Source of the DNA: Anaerolineae bacterium
GTDB taxonomy: Bacteria; Chloroflexota; Anaerolineae; 4572-78; NAK82
Assembly: GCA_034436775.1 (NCBI GenBank)
Contig: DAOTVI010000043.1
Coordinates: forward strand, 2,327-66,326
Reading direction: 5' to 3'
Length of the DNA: 64,000 nucleotides
Shown: positions 19,602 to 28,300 of the stretch, piece after piece
How positions within the stretch are numbered: position 1 is the first letter of the stretch
How the letters are laid out: every line of letters starts with the position of its first letter
The notes under the pieces: model-generated
Database searches by the model: none
What the model was told of the DNA's origin: nothing
Seen by the model: the letters and a program-made list of their open reading frames with translations, nothing else
Program-made: the position numbers and the translations under genes

Positions 19602-19716
19602 ACCGCACGATCGAGATCGTCACAGAGCGGGAGCAGAGCGGGCGCATCACCCTTGCGCTTGATGCGCTGCGAGGGAGCGCAGCGGATCTTTGATGGATAC
19701 TGTTGGGAAGAGAATT

Positions 19717-20988
19717 ATGGAAATTGAGCTGGCATACGGCAAGACAGGATTGACTATCGAGCTCCCAGACGAACTAAATGTTACTGTCGTGACACCGCAC
19801 TACGTTCCCGCAGTTCAGGATGAACGCGCTGCGCTATTGGAAGCGTTGACCAGGCCGATCGCATCGCCCCCCTTACGTGAGCTGGTGAAGCCGACCGATC
19901 GAGTAGGCATTGTCTTCAGCGACATCACACGTCCGACGCCCAACCATTTGGTGGTACCGGCTGTGCTCTATGCCCTCGACCATGTCCCGGCGCACCATAT
20001 CACCTTGTTCAACGCGCTTGGCACCCACCGTGCCAACACCGAAGAGGAGCTGCGAGGTATGTTGGGCGATGACGTCGTGAGGCGCTATCGCATCGTGCAG
20101 AACAACGCCTTTGATCCCACCACTCAGGTATGCCTGGGGGTGAGCAGATTCAACCACGAGATCTGGGTAAACCGCGAGTTCTACGAGTGTGACGTCAAGA
20201 TCCTGACCGGCTTCATCGAACCCCATTTCTTCGCCGGGTTCTCGGGTGGAGGCAAGGCAATATTGCCTGGCATGGCGGGGCAGCGTACCGTGCTTGGGAA
20301 TCACGACGCCGTCATGATCGCGCATCCCAACGCCACCTGGGGAGTGGTGGAACACAACCCCATCCAGGAGGAGATCCGCGAAGTGGCCGAAAAGGTCCAT
20401 CCTACCTTTCTTCTCAATGTGGCCCTCAACCGTGAGAAACGCATTGTGGGGGTCTTTGCCGGCGATCTGAACTCGGCTTACGCGGCCGGATGCCACTTTG
20501 TCAGAGACCATGCTATGGTGGCAGTGGACCACCCCTTTGACATTGTCATCACCAGCAACTCTGGTTATCCCTTGGACCTCAACCTCTATCAGTCAGTTAA
20601 AGGGATGAGCGCTGCCGCCCAGATCGTCCGTCCTGGTGGAGCAATCATCATTGCCGCCAGTTGCTGGGATGGGATCCCTGAGCATGGTATGTACGGGGAG
20701 CTCCTGCGTGCGTGTGACAGCCCTCAGGCAGTTCTGGAAATGGTCTCACAGCCCGGCTTTCTAAAACAGGATCAATGGCAGGTGCAAATCCAGGCTCAGA
20801 TCCAGCTCAAAGCCGATGTGTACCTTTACACGGACAATTTGACGGATGAGCAAATCTATGCCGCGCTGTTGAAACCCAGCCGCTGCATCGAAGACACTGT
20901 GATGCAACTGCTGAAGCACATGGGGCGGGATGCGCGCATCTGTGTGCTTCCGGAAGGGCCTCAGACAATCCCGTATGTGCAACTCTGA
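19717..20988 (+). CDS. LarA-family nickel-pincer-dependent 2-hydroxyacid racemase/epimerase homolog
   Basis: MEIELAYGKTGLTIELP start. NALGTHR (catalytic His context). IEPHFFAGFSGGGKAILPG (cofactor-tethering Lys context). ATG at 19693 or TTG at 19690 are alternative starts. Confidence 0.8.
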   Translation: MEIELAYGKTGLTIELPDELNVTVVTPHYVPAVQDERAALLEALTRPIASPPLRELVKPTDRVGIVFSDITRPTPNHLVVPAVLYALDHVPAHHITLFNALGTHRANTEEELRGMLGDDVVRRYRIVQNNAFDPTTQVCLGVSRFNHEIWVNREFYECDVKILTGFIEPHFFAGFSGGGKAILPGMAGQRTVLGNHDAVMIAHPNATWGVVEHNPIQEEIREVAEKVHPTFLLNVALNREKRIVGVFAGDLNSAYAAGCHFVRDHAMVAVDHPFDIVITSNSGYPLDLNLYQSVKGMSAAAQIVRPGGAIIIAASCWDGIPEHGMYGELLRACDSPQAVLEMVSQPGFLKQDQWQVQIQAQIQLKADVYLYTDNLTDEQIYAALLKPSRCIEDTVMQLLKHMGRDARICVLPEGPQTIPYVQL

Positions 20989-21061
20989 GTGAAGCGCCGC
21001 TGACTGTTGTTTGAGGGATGGGAAACGGCCGATTGCTCCTCTTTATCGTTTTCCACCTCTT

Positions 21062-21090
21062 TTGTTTTCAGGGGTTATGAGCACTATAAT
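21062..21090 (+). promoter_or_regulatory. sigma70-type promoter candidate for the RR-SBP-HK operon
   Basis: TTGTTT (21062-21067), 17-nt spacer, TATAAT (21085-21090). Confidence 0.35.
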
Positions 21091-21211
21091 GTATGTGATA
21101 ACTTAAGAAATTTGGAACATGGAGTGAAGCGTACACGTCATAACATCGCTGCAGCCCATTTCCAGAACAGGCCATAAGGACCGTATTGGGAATTGCGAAG
21201 TGGGAGCGCCT

Positions 21212-21901
21212 ATGAGTATTTCCTTGTTATTAGCCGACGATCATGCTGTGGTACGCGCCGGCACGCGACAACTGTTGGAACGCCAACCGGATATGCGGGT
21301 GGTGGGTGAGGCCTCTAATGGTGAGGAGGCAGTTCGGCTGGCAGTGCAGCTGAAGCCGGATGTCGTGATCATGGATGTGCGCATGCCGGGAATGTCCGGT
21401 GTGGAGGCCACACGTCGAATCAAGCAGGAAGCGCCTCAAGTGGCGGTGCTCGTGTTGACGGCACACGACGACGACGAGTACATCTTTGCGCTCCTTCAAG
21501 CCGGTGCTAACGGGTACTTGTTGAAGACGGCAGAGATTGATGAGCTGGTCCGTGCCATTCGAGCGGTGGCATCGGGGCGCTCTATGTTGGATCCTGCGGT
21601 GGCGGGCAAAGTGATGGCCCAGTTTGCCAGCGGTCGCGCTTCTGCAGAATGGACTTCCGCTGCCAAGAAAGATGAGTTTGAAGGCTTGACCGAGCGCGAA
21701 TTGGAGATTCTCCGTCTGGTCGGCAGGGGTCTCACCAATAAGGAAATCGGTCGCAAGCTCTTCATCAGCGATCGCACGGTTCAAGCGCATCTATCCAACA
21801 TTTTCTCCAAATTAGGGGTTGGGTCACGCACAGAGGCCGCTATGTACGCGGTCCGGCGAGGATGGGTCACCGAGTATGAGGATCCCGAGCGAGACGAGTA
21901 G
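21212..21901 (+). CDS. NarL/FixJ-family response regulator (REC + LuxR HTH)
   Basis: GGGAG RBS then ATG at 21212. [13 protein letters not shown]...[13 protein letters not shown]...[40 protein letters not shown]. Confidence 0.9.
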   Translation: MSISLLLADDHAVVRAGTRQLLERQPDMRVVGEASNGEEAVRLAVQLKPDVVIMDVRMPGMSGVEATRRIKQEAPQVAVLVLTAHDDDEYIFALLQAGANGYLLKTAEIDELVRAIRAVASGRSMLDPAVAGKVMAQFASGRASAEWTSAAKKDEFEGLTERELEILRLVGRGLTNKEIGRKLFISDRTVQAHLSNIFSKLGVGSRTEAAMYAVRRGWVTEYEDPERDE

Positions 21902-23239
21902 ATGGAATGGTTGCGGTGGTGTAACATCAGCTGGTTGACCAGACTGAGCTGGCTTGTTGGGCTCGCGGTTGTCGTGCTGGCCGGTTGTGCCCTGAACCCG
22001 TCTCCCCCTGAGGTGTTGAGCGATGTGCCTGCTGTTAATCCTGGGGTTCCGGTTGAGCCGATTACGCTGGAAGTGTGGTTGAGCTTAGATATGTTGGTGC
22101 CGGATCCGCTTTTTGAGGAGTTGGCAGCCGATTTCGAGCGGGCATATCCCAACGTGAATGTCAATCTCCATGGGTTTGTCTATCAGAGCATCCCCGACCG
22201 GGTGAGGAAAGCGCTTCAGGTGGGAGACCCACCTGATGTGGTGCAGGCGCATGTGACGGCGATGGCAGCGCAGGGCCTTGCCGAACCGTTAGACAACCTG
22301 TGGGATGCCTGGGGCGCCCATGACGAATTTCTTCCTCAGGCGATGGAACAGGTTACCTGGGACCGTGTGAAATACGGGGTTCCCCTGGATATTTACACTC
22401 TGGTGCTCATTTACAATAAAGCTCACTTTGACGAGGCAGGGCTGGCATATCCCGACGCCGACTATACGTGGAAGCAATTCGCTGCCGACGCCGCCACATT
22501 GACGCGCCCAGATGGTACACGCTATGGCGTGGGGTTCACCACGGATCCGTGGCATGTGTTTGCCTGGTTGGCGGAGGCCGGTGGTAACCTGGTGGCGGGT
22601 GATTCGTTTATTGGATATCGGTTTACGCTTGATGCCACGGCAAATATCGAAGGATTGCGCTTTCTCACCATGATGGCACGCAATGGGTATGGTCCTCTGC
22701 CGACAACCCGTCCCCGCGATCACGAGGATCCGCGCAAGTTGTTTCTGGCGGGCAAGATCGCTATGTTCTTTGGCACACCCTATGATATCCACCACATTAT
22801 TACTCACGCACCGGGCTTTCCAATCGGGGTGACCACACTACCGAAGACACCCGCCGGCGCCTCGGCCGCTTCAGCGCTGGGCAGCACGGGGTTGTTTATT
22901 CCGCGCGGCAGCGGTAACCGGCAGATAGCGTTCGAGTTCATGAAGTGGGCAACCAGCGACCGATATGGACTGGCAATGGCGCGTCGTTTGGGGCGTTACC
23001 CGGCGCGCAGTTGGTTGTTGTCCACACCCCACTTTGCCGGAGATCCCTTGTTAAAGCCCTTCCTGGCCCAGCTAGAGTCGGCCCGCCCTTATATCCTCGA
23101 TGCGTTTCCCGAGGCGGAGCGTGCCTACGCAGATGCCATTAAGGCCGCTTTCTATGGTGCTGATCCTGCCGATGCACTGCGCCTGGCCCAAGAGGAAGCG
23201 AATCAGTACGCTGGGAGGTTGTCCAGAGGATTTCAGTAG
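21902..23239 (+). CDS. Lipobox-anchored extracellular solute-binding protein (family 1, sugar-type), with no cognate permease adjacent
   Basis: The ATG abuts the RR stop. Signal peptide/lipobox LAVVVLAGC. SBP_bac_1-like body (VLIYNKAHFDEAGL, FGTPYD, FMKWATS). Confidence 0.8.
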   Translation: MEWLRWCNISWLTRLSWLVGLAVVVLAGCALNPSPPEVLSDVPAVNPGVPVEPITLEVWLSLDMLVPDPLFEELAADFERAYPNVNVNLHGFVYQSIPDRVRKALQVGDPPDVVQAHVTAMAAQGLAEPLDNLWDAWGAHDEFLPQAMEQVTWDRVKYGVPLDIYTLVLIYNKAHFDEAGLAYPDADYTWKQFAADAATLTRPDGTRYGVGFTTDPWHVFAWLAEAGGNLVAGDSFIGYRFTLDATANIEGLRFLTMMARNGYGPLPTTRPRDHEDPRKLFLAGKIAMFFGTPYDIHHIITHAPGFPIGVTTLPKTPAGASAASALGSTGLFIPRGSGNRQIAFEFMKWATSDRYGLAMARRLGRYPARSWLLSTPHFAGDPLLKPFLAQLESARPYILDAFPEAERAYADAIKAAFYGADPADALRLAQEEANQYAGRLSRGFQ

Positions 23240-23257
23240 TGGTTTGGGGCAGGCGGT

Positions 23258-25081
23258 ATGAGATTCCCAGCACTTAAGACTGTGGTGCGACTTATCAAAA
23301 AGTTGGACAGCCTCTCCATCCTGGCAGTGATTTTCACTGCCCTGCCGTTGACCGTGCTGTTGGGGCTCTCCGTCGCGGCCGTTTTTTACGTATATCAGCA
23401 GGTGGCCGAACAACTGGCGCTGAGTCGCAATGAGAAAATCGCTCGTATCTCTGCCGACCGCCTTTCGGAGAATTTGGCGGGCTTCGTGCGGGTATTGACC
23501 ACGATCGCGCGTCTTGACATCGTGCGCAGTGATGATCCCGCTCAGCAGAAGAATGCCCTGGTACAGGCACGTGACTTGCTCTTGGATTTCGATGGGGGGG
23601 TCATCGTGCTGAATCGAGAAGGTATCTGCACGGTGACAGAACCCTACCGCCCAGACCTCTTGGGCCAGAATTTTTCGAACCGCCCTTATTTCCAGGTGAC
23701 ACGTCAGATGAAGATGGTCACCTTCTCGGACATCATGCAGGAGGAGGGCTCGGGCGAGGATATCATTGTGGTGGCCGTGCCGATCCTTTCGCGTGATGGC
23801 GAATTTCGGGGCATCCTCTCAGGGCGTTTCTATGTGCAATTCCAGCGCATCGGTGAGGAGATTCGCAAGCTCTATGGCGATGAGGTCGGTGAAGCATATT
23901 TGATCGATCGGAACGGCCGGGTGATCTACCATCCCAACTATGCCTTTCTCGGTGCTGATTTCAGCCAGCGCCTTTCGGTCAGCCGCTTGCTGAGTGGCGA
24001 CCGGCATGGAGCTGTGCTCGTGGAGGGTGAAGACGGCATACGGCGCGTGGTCGGTTACGCCACGGTGGGAGTCACGGGCTGGGGATTGGTTGTCCAGGAA
24101 CCCTGGGCCGAAGTGGTGGCACCGGCTGTGCGTTCGTTACAACCCATCGTTGTGGCGCTTGTGATCGGCATCGGGGTGTTGGTGACCTTCTTGCTTATGG
24201 GAGTACAGCGCGTTGTCGGTCCAATCACCCGGATGGCCGCCTATGCCCGTTTGGTGGCTGCCGGCGATTACACCGTTCACGTGCCTTCCAGCCCCATCCG
24301 CGAGCTGCGCGATATGGCCGACGCATTTAACGAGATGGTCGAGCAAATCGCCCGTTATCAGGCGGGATTGCGTCAGTACGTGGCAGCCATCACCAAGTCA
24401 CAGGAGGAGGAGCGCCGCCGTATCGCGCGTGACTTGCACGATGATACCATTCAAGCGCTGATTGCCATCGGACAACGCCTGGAACTGGCTCGTGATCTGA
24501 TTTACGAATCACCCGATGAGGCGGGCGATCAACTGCGCGATCTACGCAAAATGGTGACGCGCACGATCGAATCGGTACGCGCATTCAGCCGTGACTTGCG
24601 TCCCACTACATTGGAAGATTTGGGACTGGTGCCAGCATTGCAGTACTTGGTCAACAACCTGATCCAAAGGGATGGCACGGACGCCTCCTTGGAAGTGGAG
24701 GGTTCCCCAGAGGGGTTGCCGCCCGACTTAGAAGTCACTATTTATCGTATCGTCCAAGAAGCGCTCACCAATGTTCGCCGTCATGCCCAAGCATCCCAAG
24801 TGCAGGTGCGCGCTCAATTCTTGCCCCATCTGGTGATCATCACGGTGCGCGACAACGGCATTGGGTTCGAGGTCCCAGACGACGTTACCGAGCTCGCCCA
24901 TCAGGGCAATTACGGTCTGGTGGGATTGCGTGAGAGAGCCCAACTGTTTGGAGGTCAATTGATCATCACCTCGCAGCCCGGTGCGGGCACCGAAGTCCAG
25001 GTCCTGTTGCCACGCCAGCTACCACCACCCTCAATGCCCCCCGAGAGGTTGACCGCTGTGCATTCGACCTCGCAAAGTTAA
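23258..25081 (+). CDS. Sensor histidine kinase: TM, Cache-like extracytoplasmic domain, TM, HAMP, HisKA_3, HATPase
   Basis: Two TM segments flank about 250 extracytoplasmic residues. EEERRRIARDLHDDTIQAL H-box of the NarX/DesK type. C-terminal GYGLVGLRERAQLFGG and GAGTEV. Confidence 0.9.
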   Translation: MRFPALKTVVRLIKKLDSLSILAVIFTALPLTVLLGLSVAAVFYVYQQVAEQLALSRNEKIARISADRLSENLAGFVRVLTTIARLDIVRSDDPAQQKNALVQARDLLLDFDGGVIVLNREGICTVTEPYRPDLLGQNFSNRPYFQVTRQMKMVTFSDIMQEEGSGEDIIVVAVPILSRDGEFRGILSGRFYVQFQRIGEEIRKLYGDEVGEAYLIDRNGRVIYHPNYAFLGADFSQRLSVSRLLSGDRHGAVLVEGEDGIRRVVGYATVGVTGWGLVVQEPWAEVVAPAVRSLQPIVVALVIGIGVLVTFLLMGVQRVVGPITRMAAYARLVAAGDYTVHVPSSPIRELRDMADAFNEMVEQIARYQAGLRQYVAAITKSQEEERRRIARDLHDDTIQALIAIGQRLELARDLIYESPDEAGDQLRDLRKMVTRTIESVRAFSRDLRPTTLEDLGLVPALQYLVNNLIQRDGTDASLEVEGSPEGLPPDLEVTIYRIVQEALTNVRRHAQASQVQVRAQFLPHLVIITVRDNGIGFEVPDDVTELAHQGNYGLVGLRERAQLFGGQLIITSQPGAGTEVQVLLPRQLPPPSMPPERLTAVHSTSQS

Positions 25082-25154
25082 AACCGCGATCCTGGGAATC
25101 TGCGCCTACGCATAATGGCTTAGTGGCGTATCCATTAAATAGGCGGTTTTCCCG

Positions 25155-25183
25155 TTGAAAGAGGCGATCGAACGAACTATACT
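25155..25183 (+). promoter_or_regulatory. sigma70-type promoter candidate
   Basis: TTGAAA (25155-25160), 17-nt spacer, TATACT (25178-25183). The -10 is embedded in a 9-bp inverted repeat ACGAACTAT/ATAGTTCGT (25172-25197). Confidence 0.4.
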
Positions 25184-25245
25184 GGAAGATAGTTCGTCAT
25201 ATCTATCGTCATTGCCATTGTGTACACGAAAGGACCTGTCTTGCA

Positions 25246-25413
25246 ATGGAAGTCACGTTGATCTTTTTGTTAGTCTTGGCATTGGCCGGGGTCGCATATG
25301 CTCAATGGCACCGTGGTGTTGTGCGTACCACAGGTCCCCTTTCGCTCGACGGAGAGGAGAGCACCGATCTCATCGCACTCGTCACAACCAAACCTCAGCG
25401 GCCGGTGAGCTGA
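25246..25413 (+). CDS. Small hydrophobic-N-terminus protein, 55 aa (signal-peptide-like or single TM)
   Basis: Below the track length cut-off. My translation is MEVTLIFLLVLALAGVAYAQWHRGVVRTTGPLSLDGEESTDLIALVTTKPQRPVS. GAAAGGA lies about 12 nt upstream. A promoter sits upstream and a hairpin downstream. Codon usage is AT-rich for this genome, which lowers confidence. Confidence 0.3.
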   Translation: MEVTLIFLLVLALAGVAYAQWHRGVVRTTGPLSLDGEESTDLIALVTTKPQRPVS

Positions 25414-25504
25414 GAGCGAATTCCTCTTTGCTCCATCTGTATACTGCCTCCTTTATCCTTCCGATCTGAGAGAAGCTGCTTGCAACTTTATCGATCCGCA
25501 TAAT

Positions 25505-25533
25505 GGGCACCTTATACTGCCTATAAGGTGCCC
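25505..25533 (+). terminator. Perfect 12-bp stem / 5-nt loop hairpin
   Basis: GGGCACCTTATA (25505-25516), loop ctgcc, TATAAGGTGCCC (25522-25533), followed by TGTTCTC. Lies about 90 nt after the small ORF stop. Confidence 0.4.
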
Positions 25534-25653
25534 TGTTCTCAAATGGCGGCGTAGAGGTGCGATGGCGCCGCAGCAACGTAGCCTGCGCTGATGAAAGTTG
25601 AATACCGCCACGCGTTTCCTTTCCTGCGGCTGCGATATATTACCAAATACCTG

Positions 25654-25682
25654 TTCCAAAACGTCAAGACATCTGCTATAAT
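25654..25682 (+). promoter_or_regulatory. sigma70-type promoter candidate for the ABC-2 operon
   Basis: TTCCAA (25654-25659), 17-nt spacer, TATAAT (25677-25682). Lies about 30 nt upstream of the ATG at 25715. Confidence 0.45.
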
Positions 25683-25714
25683 GGGATCAGCAAAGCAAGG
25701 GACGGTGACGTTCT

Positions 25715-26665
25715 ATGATCCAGACAGCGAACCTGAGCAAACACTTTCGCTTGATTCGCGCCGTGGATGGCATTGACCTGGATGTACGCGAGGGGGAGGT
25801 GCTCGCTTTGCTCGGGCCCAATGGGGCTGGCAAGACCACCACGGTGCGTATGCTGGCGGCCATTCTCAAGCCCACTGCCGGTTGGGCACGCGTTGCCGGC
25901 CTGGATACGGTGCGCGAAGCGCGTCAGGTGCGCAGTATCGTGGGATTGCTGACCGAGGCACCTGGTCTGTACACCCGTATGCGTGCTCTGGAATACCTGG
26001 ATTTCTTTGGGCAACTGCACAGGCTGTCTCCCCGCCAGCGCGCGGTACGGAGTGAGCAGCTATTGCGACGGTTCGATCTATGGGATGCGCGGTGTCAACG
26101 CCTTGGCGAGTATTCAAAAGGAATGCGACAGAAGCTGGCGTTGGTACGTGCCATGTTGCATGATCCGCTGGTGCTTTTTCTGGATGAGCCAACCTCGGCG
26201 ATGGATCCTTACAGCGCACGGCAGGTGCGCGAGGCGATTCTCGAGCTGCGCCGCGAAAAACGCACTATCATATTATGCACGCACAATCTGAGTGAGGCGG
26301 AGGCGTTGGCAGACCGCATTGCTATTATCCGGCGCGGCCGTATTGCTGCGCTGGGGAGCGTTCCAGAGCTGAAGCGTCGCCTGCTAGGCAACCCGCTGTT
26401 CGAATTGCGTCTGGGAACATCGTTGGACGGGTTGTTGCCGCTATTAGGAGACCTGGTTCAGCTGCGAGAATACGGGGATAATTGGGTGCGTTACACCACT
26501 CCCATGCCTGAGAAGGTGAATCCTCAGCTGATGCAGCGTTTGATCGAACACGGAGTGCCGGTCATCACGCTGAGCGAGGTGCCACGTAACCTGGAGGAAG
26601 TCTACCTGCGCATCGTAGACGAAACCCAAAGCGATGCAGAGATACATAACCGCTTAGTCGGGTAG
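25715..26665 (+). CDS. ABC-2-type transporter ATP-binding protein
   Basis: Walker A GPNGAGKTT, signature YSKGMRQKL, Walker B LFLDEPTSAMD, plus a C-terminal regulatory-type extension. Confidence 0.9.
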   Translation: MIQTANLSKHFRLIRAVDGIDLDVREGEVLALLGPNGAGKTTTVRMLAAILKPTAGWARVAGLDTVREARQVRSIVGLLTEAPGLYTRMRALEYLDFFGQLHRLSPRQRAVRSEQLLRRFDLWDARCQRLGEYSKGMRQKLALVRAMLHDPLVLFLDEPTSAMDPYSARQVREAILELRREKRTIILCTHNLSEAEALADRIAIIRRGRIAALGSVPELKRRLLGNPLFELRLGTSLDGLLPLLGDLVQLREYGDNWVRYTTPMPEKVNPQLMQRLIEHGVPVITLSEVPRNLEEVYLRIVDETQSDAEIHNRLVG

Positions 26666-26676
26666 GTCTGGCAAGG

Positions 26677-28179
26677 ATGTGCGCGTTTCTTTCCAGCGGC
26701 AAAGAGATCCCATTGCGTGAGCATTTATATCTCGCTCTGGTTGTCACCCGGCGCGAGCTGCGGGATAGCTTGCGCGATTGGCGCATCACGACCCCTATAT
26801 TCATGCTTACACTGTTGTTCCCCTTCCTGATGAACTTCACTGCCGGAGTGGCACGGGACTTTGTGCTACGCTATGGAGGTCAAAACGCGCTGATCGCAGA
26901 GCGCCTCAATCCATTTCTTCTCATGATCGTGGGATTCTTCCCCATCACTTTCTCCCTGGTTTTGGCCTTGGAGACGTTCGTGGGAGAGAAAGAGCGGGGC
27001 AGCCTGGAGCCGCTATTGTCCATGCCCATCTCCGATGGCGAACTCTATCTGGGCAAGATGTTGGCGGCATTGATCCTACCACTGGCGGCGAGCTATCTGG
27101 CCATCTCGGTCTATCTGGTCAGCATGGGTTTCAGCTCAGGCTGGCTGCCCGACGGGCTTACACTGCTTCAGATGCTCTTGCTCAATAGCATGAAAGCTTC
27201 AGTGATGGTCTCGGCTGCCGTGATTGTTTCCAGCCAAACTTCCAGTGTGCGCGCGGCTAATCTGCTGGCCAGCTTTATCATCATCCCGATGGCCTTACTG
27301 GTACAGGCTGAGAGCATCCTGCTCTTCTGGGGGCATTATGATGTCCTGTGGTGGATCATCGCCGCGCTGGGCGTGGCCAACCTGATCCTGGTGCGCATGG
27401 GGATTCGCATCTTCAATCGCGAAGAGATCCTGGCAAGAGAGATGGATGAGCTCAGTCTGCGCAGAGTATTGCGCGACTTTTTGGGATATTTTCTGCGTCC
27501 TCCTGAACAGGCATTGCAACGCGGAACGTATCCCCCGCCTGACCTGAGGCGTATGTGGTGCCATGACATCCCCTACATGTTGCGGGCGCATTGGCAATCC
27601 CTTGCGGTGGTGCTGCTCACCCTGGTAGGAGCCGTCGCTCTGGGTGTGTCCTCGGCAGCGCAGTGGCAATTGCCGGAAGGAGCTATCCGCCTCGATAACC
27701 TGCCTCAGGACACCTTCGAACAAGTTCCTCAGTTGGGTTTCCTGCCACATTTTAGCGTCACAGGGGTGTTCTTCAACAATTTACGTGCTCTGGCGCTGGC
27801 TGGCCTGTTGGCCCTCTTCTCTTTCGGTGTCATGCCATTGGTGTTGCTGATGGCACCCTTGGCGCTGGTGGGCTTCTTCGCTGCGCAAATGGCTGCGCTG
27901 GGTTATAGTCCCCTGGTCTTCGTGGCGACGTTCATCCTGCCGCACGGGATCATCGAGCTGCCTGCGGCGATCATTGCGACCGGATTTGCACTTCGCATCG
28001 GCGCTGCGTTGGTCTCACCACCTTTTGATCTCGATGTGGGTCAAGGTATCCTCCTGGCGTTGGCGGACTTCCTCAAAGTGTTTCTCTTGCTTGTGGTGCC
28101 TTTGCTGTTTCTTGCCGCCATAGTGGAAGTGGAGCTCACTCCCCAAATCGTGCTGGCTGTATACGGCGTGCATTCGTAG
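26677..28179 (+). CDS. Fusion permease: NatB-like ABC-2 membrane domain + SpoIIM/DUF95-like membrane domain
   Basis: The N-terminal half has GEKERGSLEPLLSMPISDGELYLGKM (NatB-type motif). The C-terminal half has FFNNLRALALAG...ILPHGIIELPAAIIATGFALRIG (SpoIIM-family signature). Confidence 0.75.
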   Translation: MCAFLSSGKEIPLREHLYLALVVTRRELRDSLRDWRITTPIFMLTLLFPFLMNFTAGVARDFVLRYGGQNALIAERLNPFLLMIVGFFPITFSLVLALETFVGEKERGSLEPLLSMPISDGELYLGKMLAALILPLAASYLAISVYLVSMGFSSGWLPDGLTLLQMLLLNSMKASVMVSAAVIVSSQTSSVRAANLLASFIIIPMALLVQAESILLFWGHYDVLWWIIAALGVANLILVRMGIRIFNREEILAREMDELSLRRVLRDFLGYFLRPPEQALQRGTYPPPDLRRMWCHDIPYMLRAHWQSLAVVLLTLVGAVALGVSSAAQWQLPEGAIRLDNLPQDTFEQVPQLGFLPHFSVTGVFFNNLRALALAGLLALFSFGVMPLVLLMAPLALVGFFAAQMAALGYSPLVFVATFILPHGIIELPAAIIATGFALRIGAALVSPPFDLDVGQGILLALADFLKVFLLLVVPLLFLAAIVEVELTPQIVLAVYGVHS

Positions 28180-28300
28180 CACGCGTCACTCGCTCTAACT
28201 CGCTTTACTTCACAATATTATCTTCAGCAGTGTTGAAAAGGTTTCACGTTGGCGGGGCATTCTCCATGGCAGACTCGACCGCTGACGCGATGAGACGCGG

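Noticed and set aside
25155-25469. 104-aa ORF in the gap between the HK and the ABC operon
   Set aside because: The translation is Ser/Arg/Cys/His-rich and runs across a predicted promoter and the better-supported 55-aa ORF in another frame. There is no RBS.
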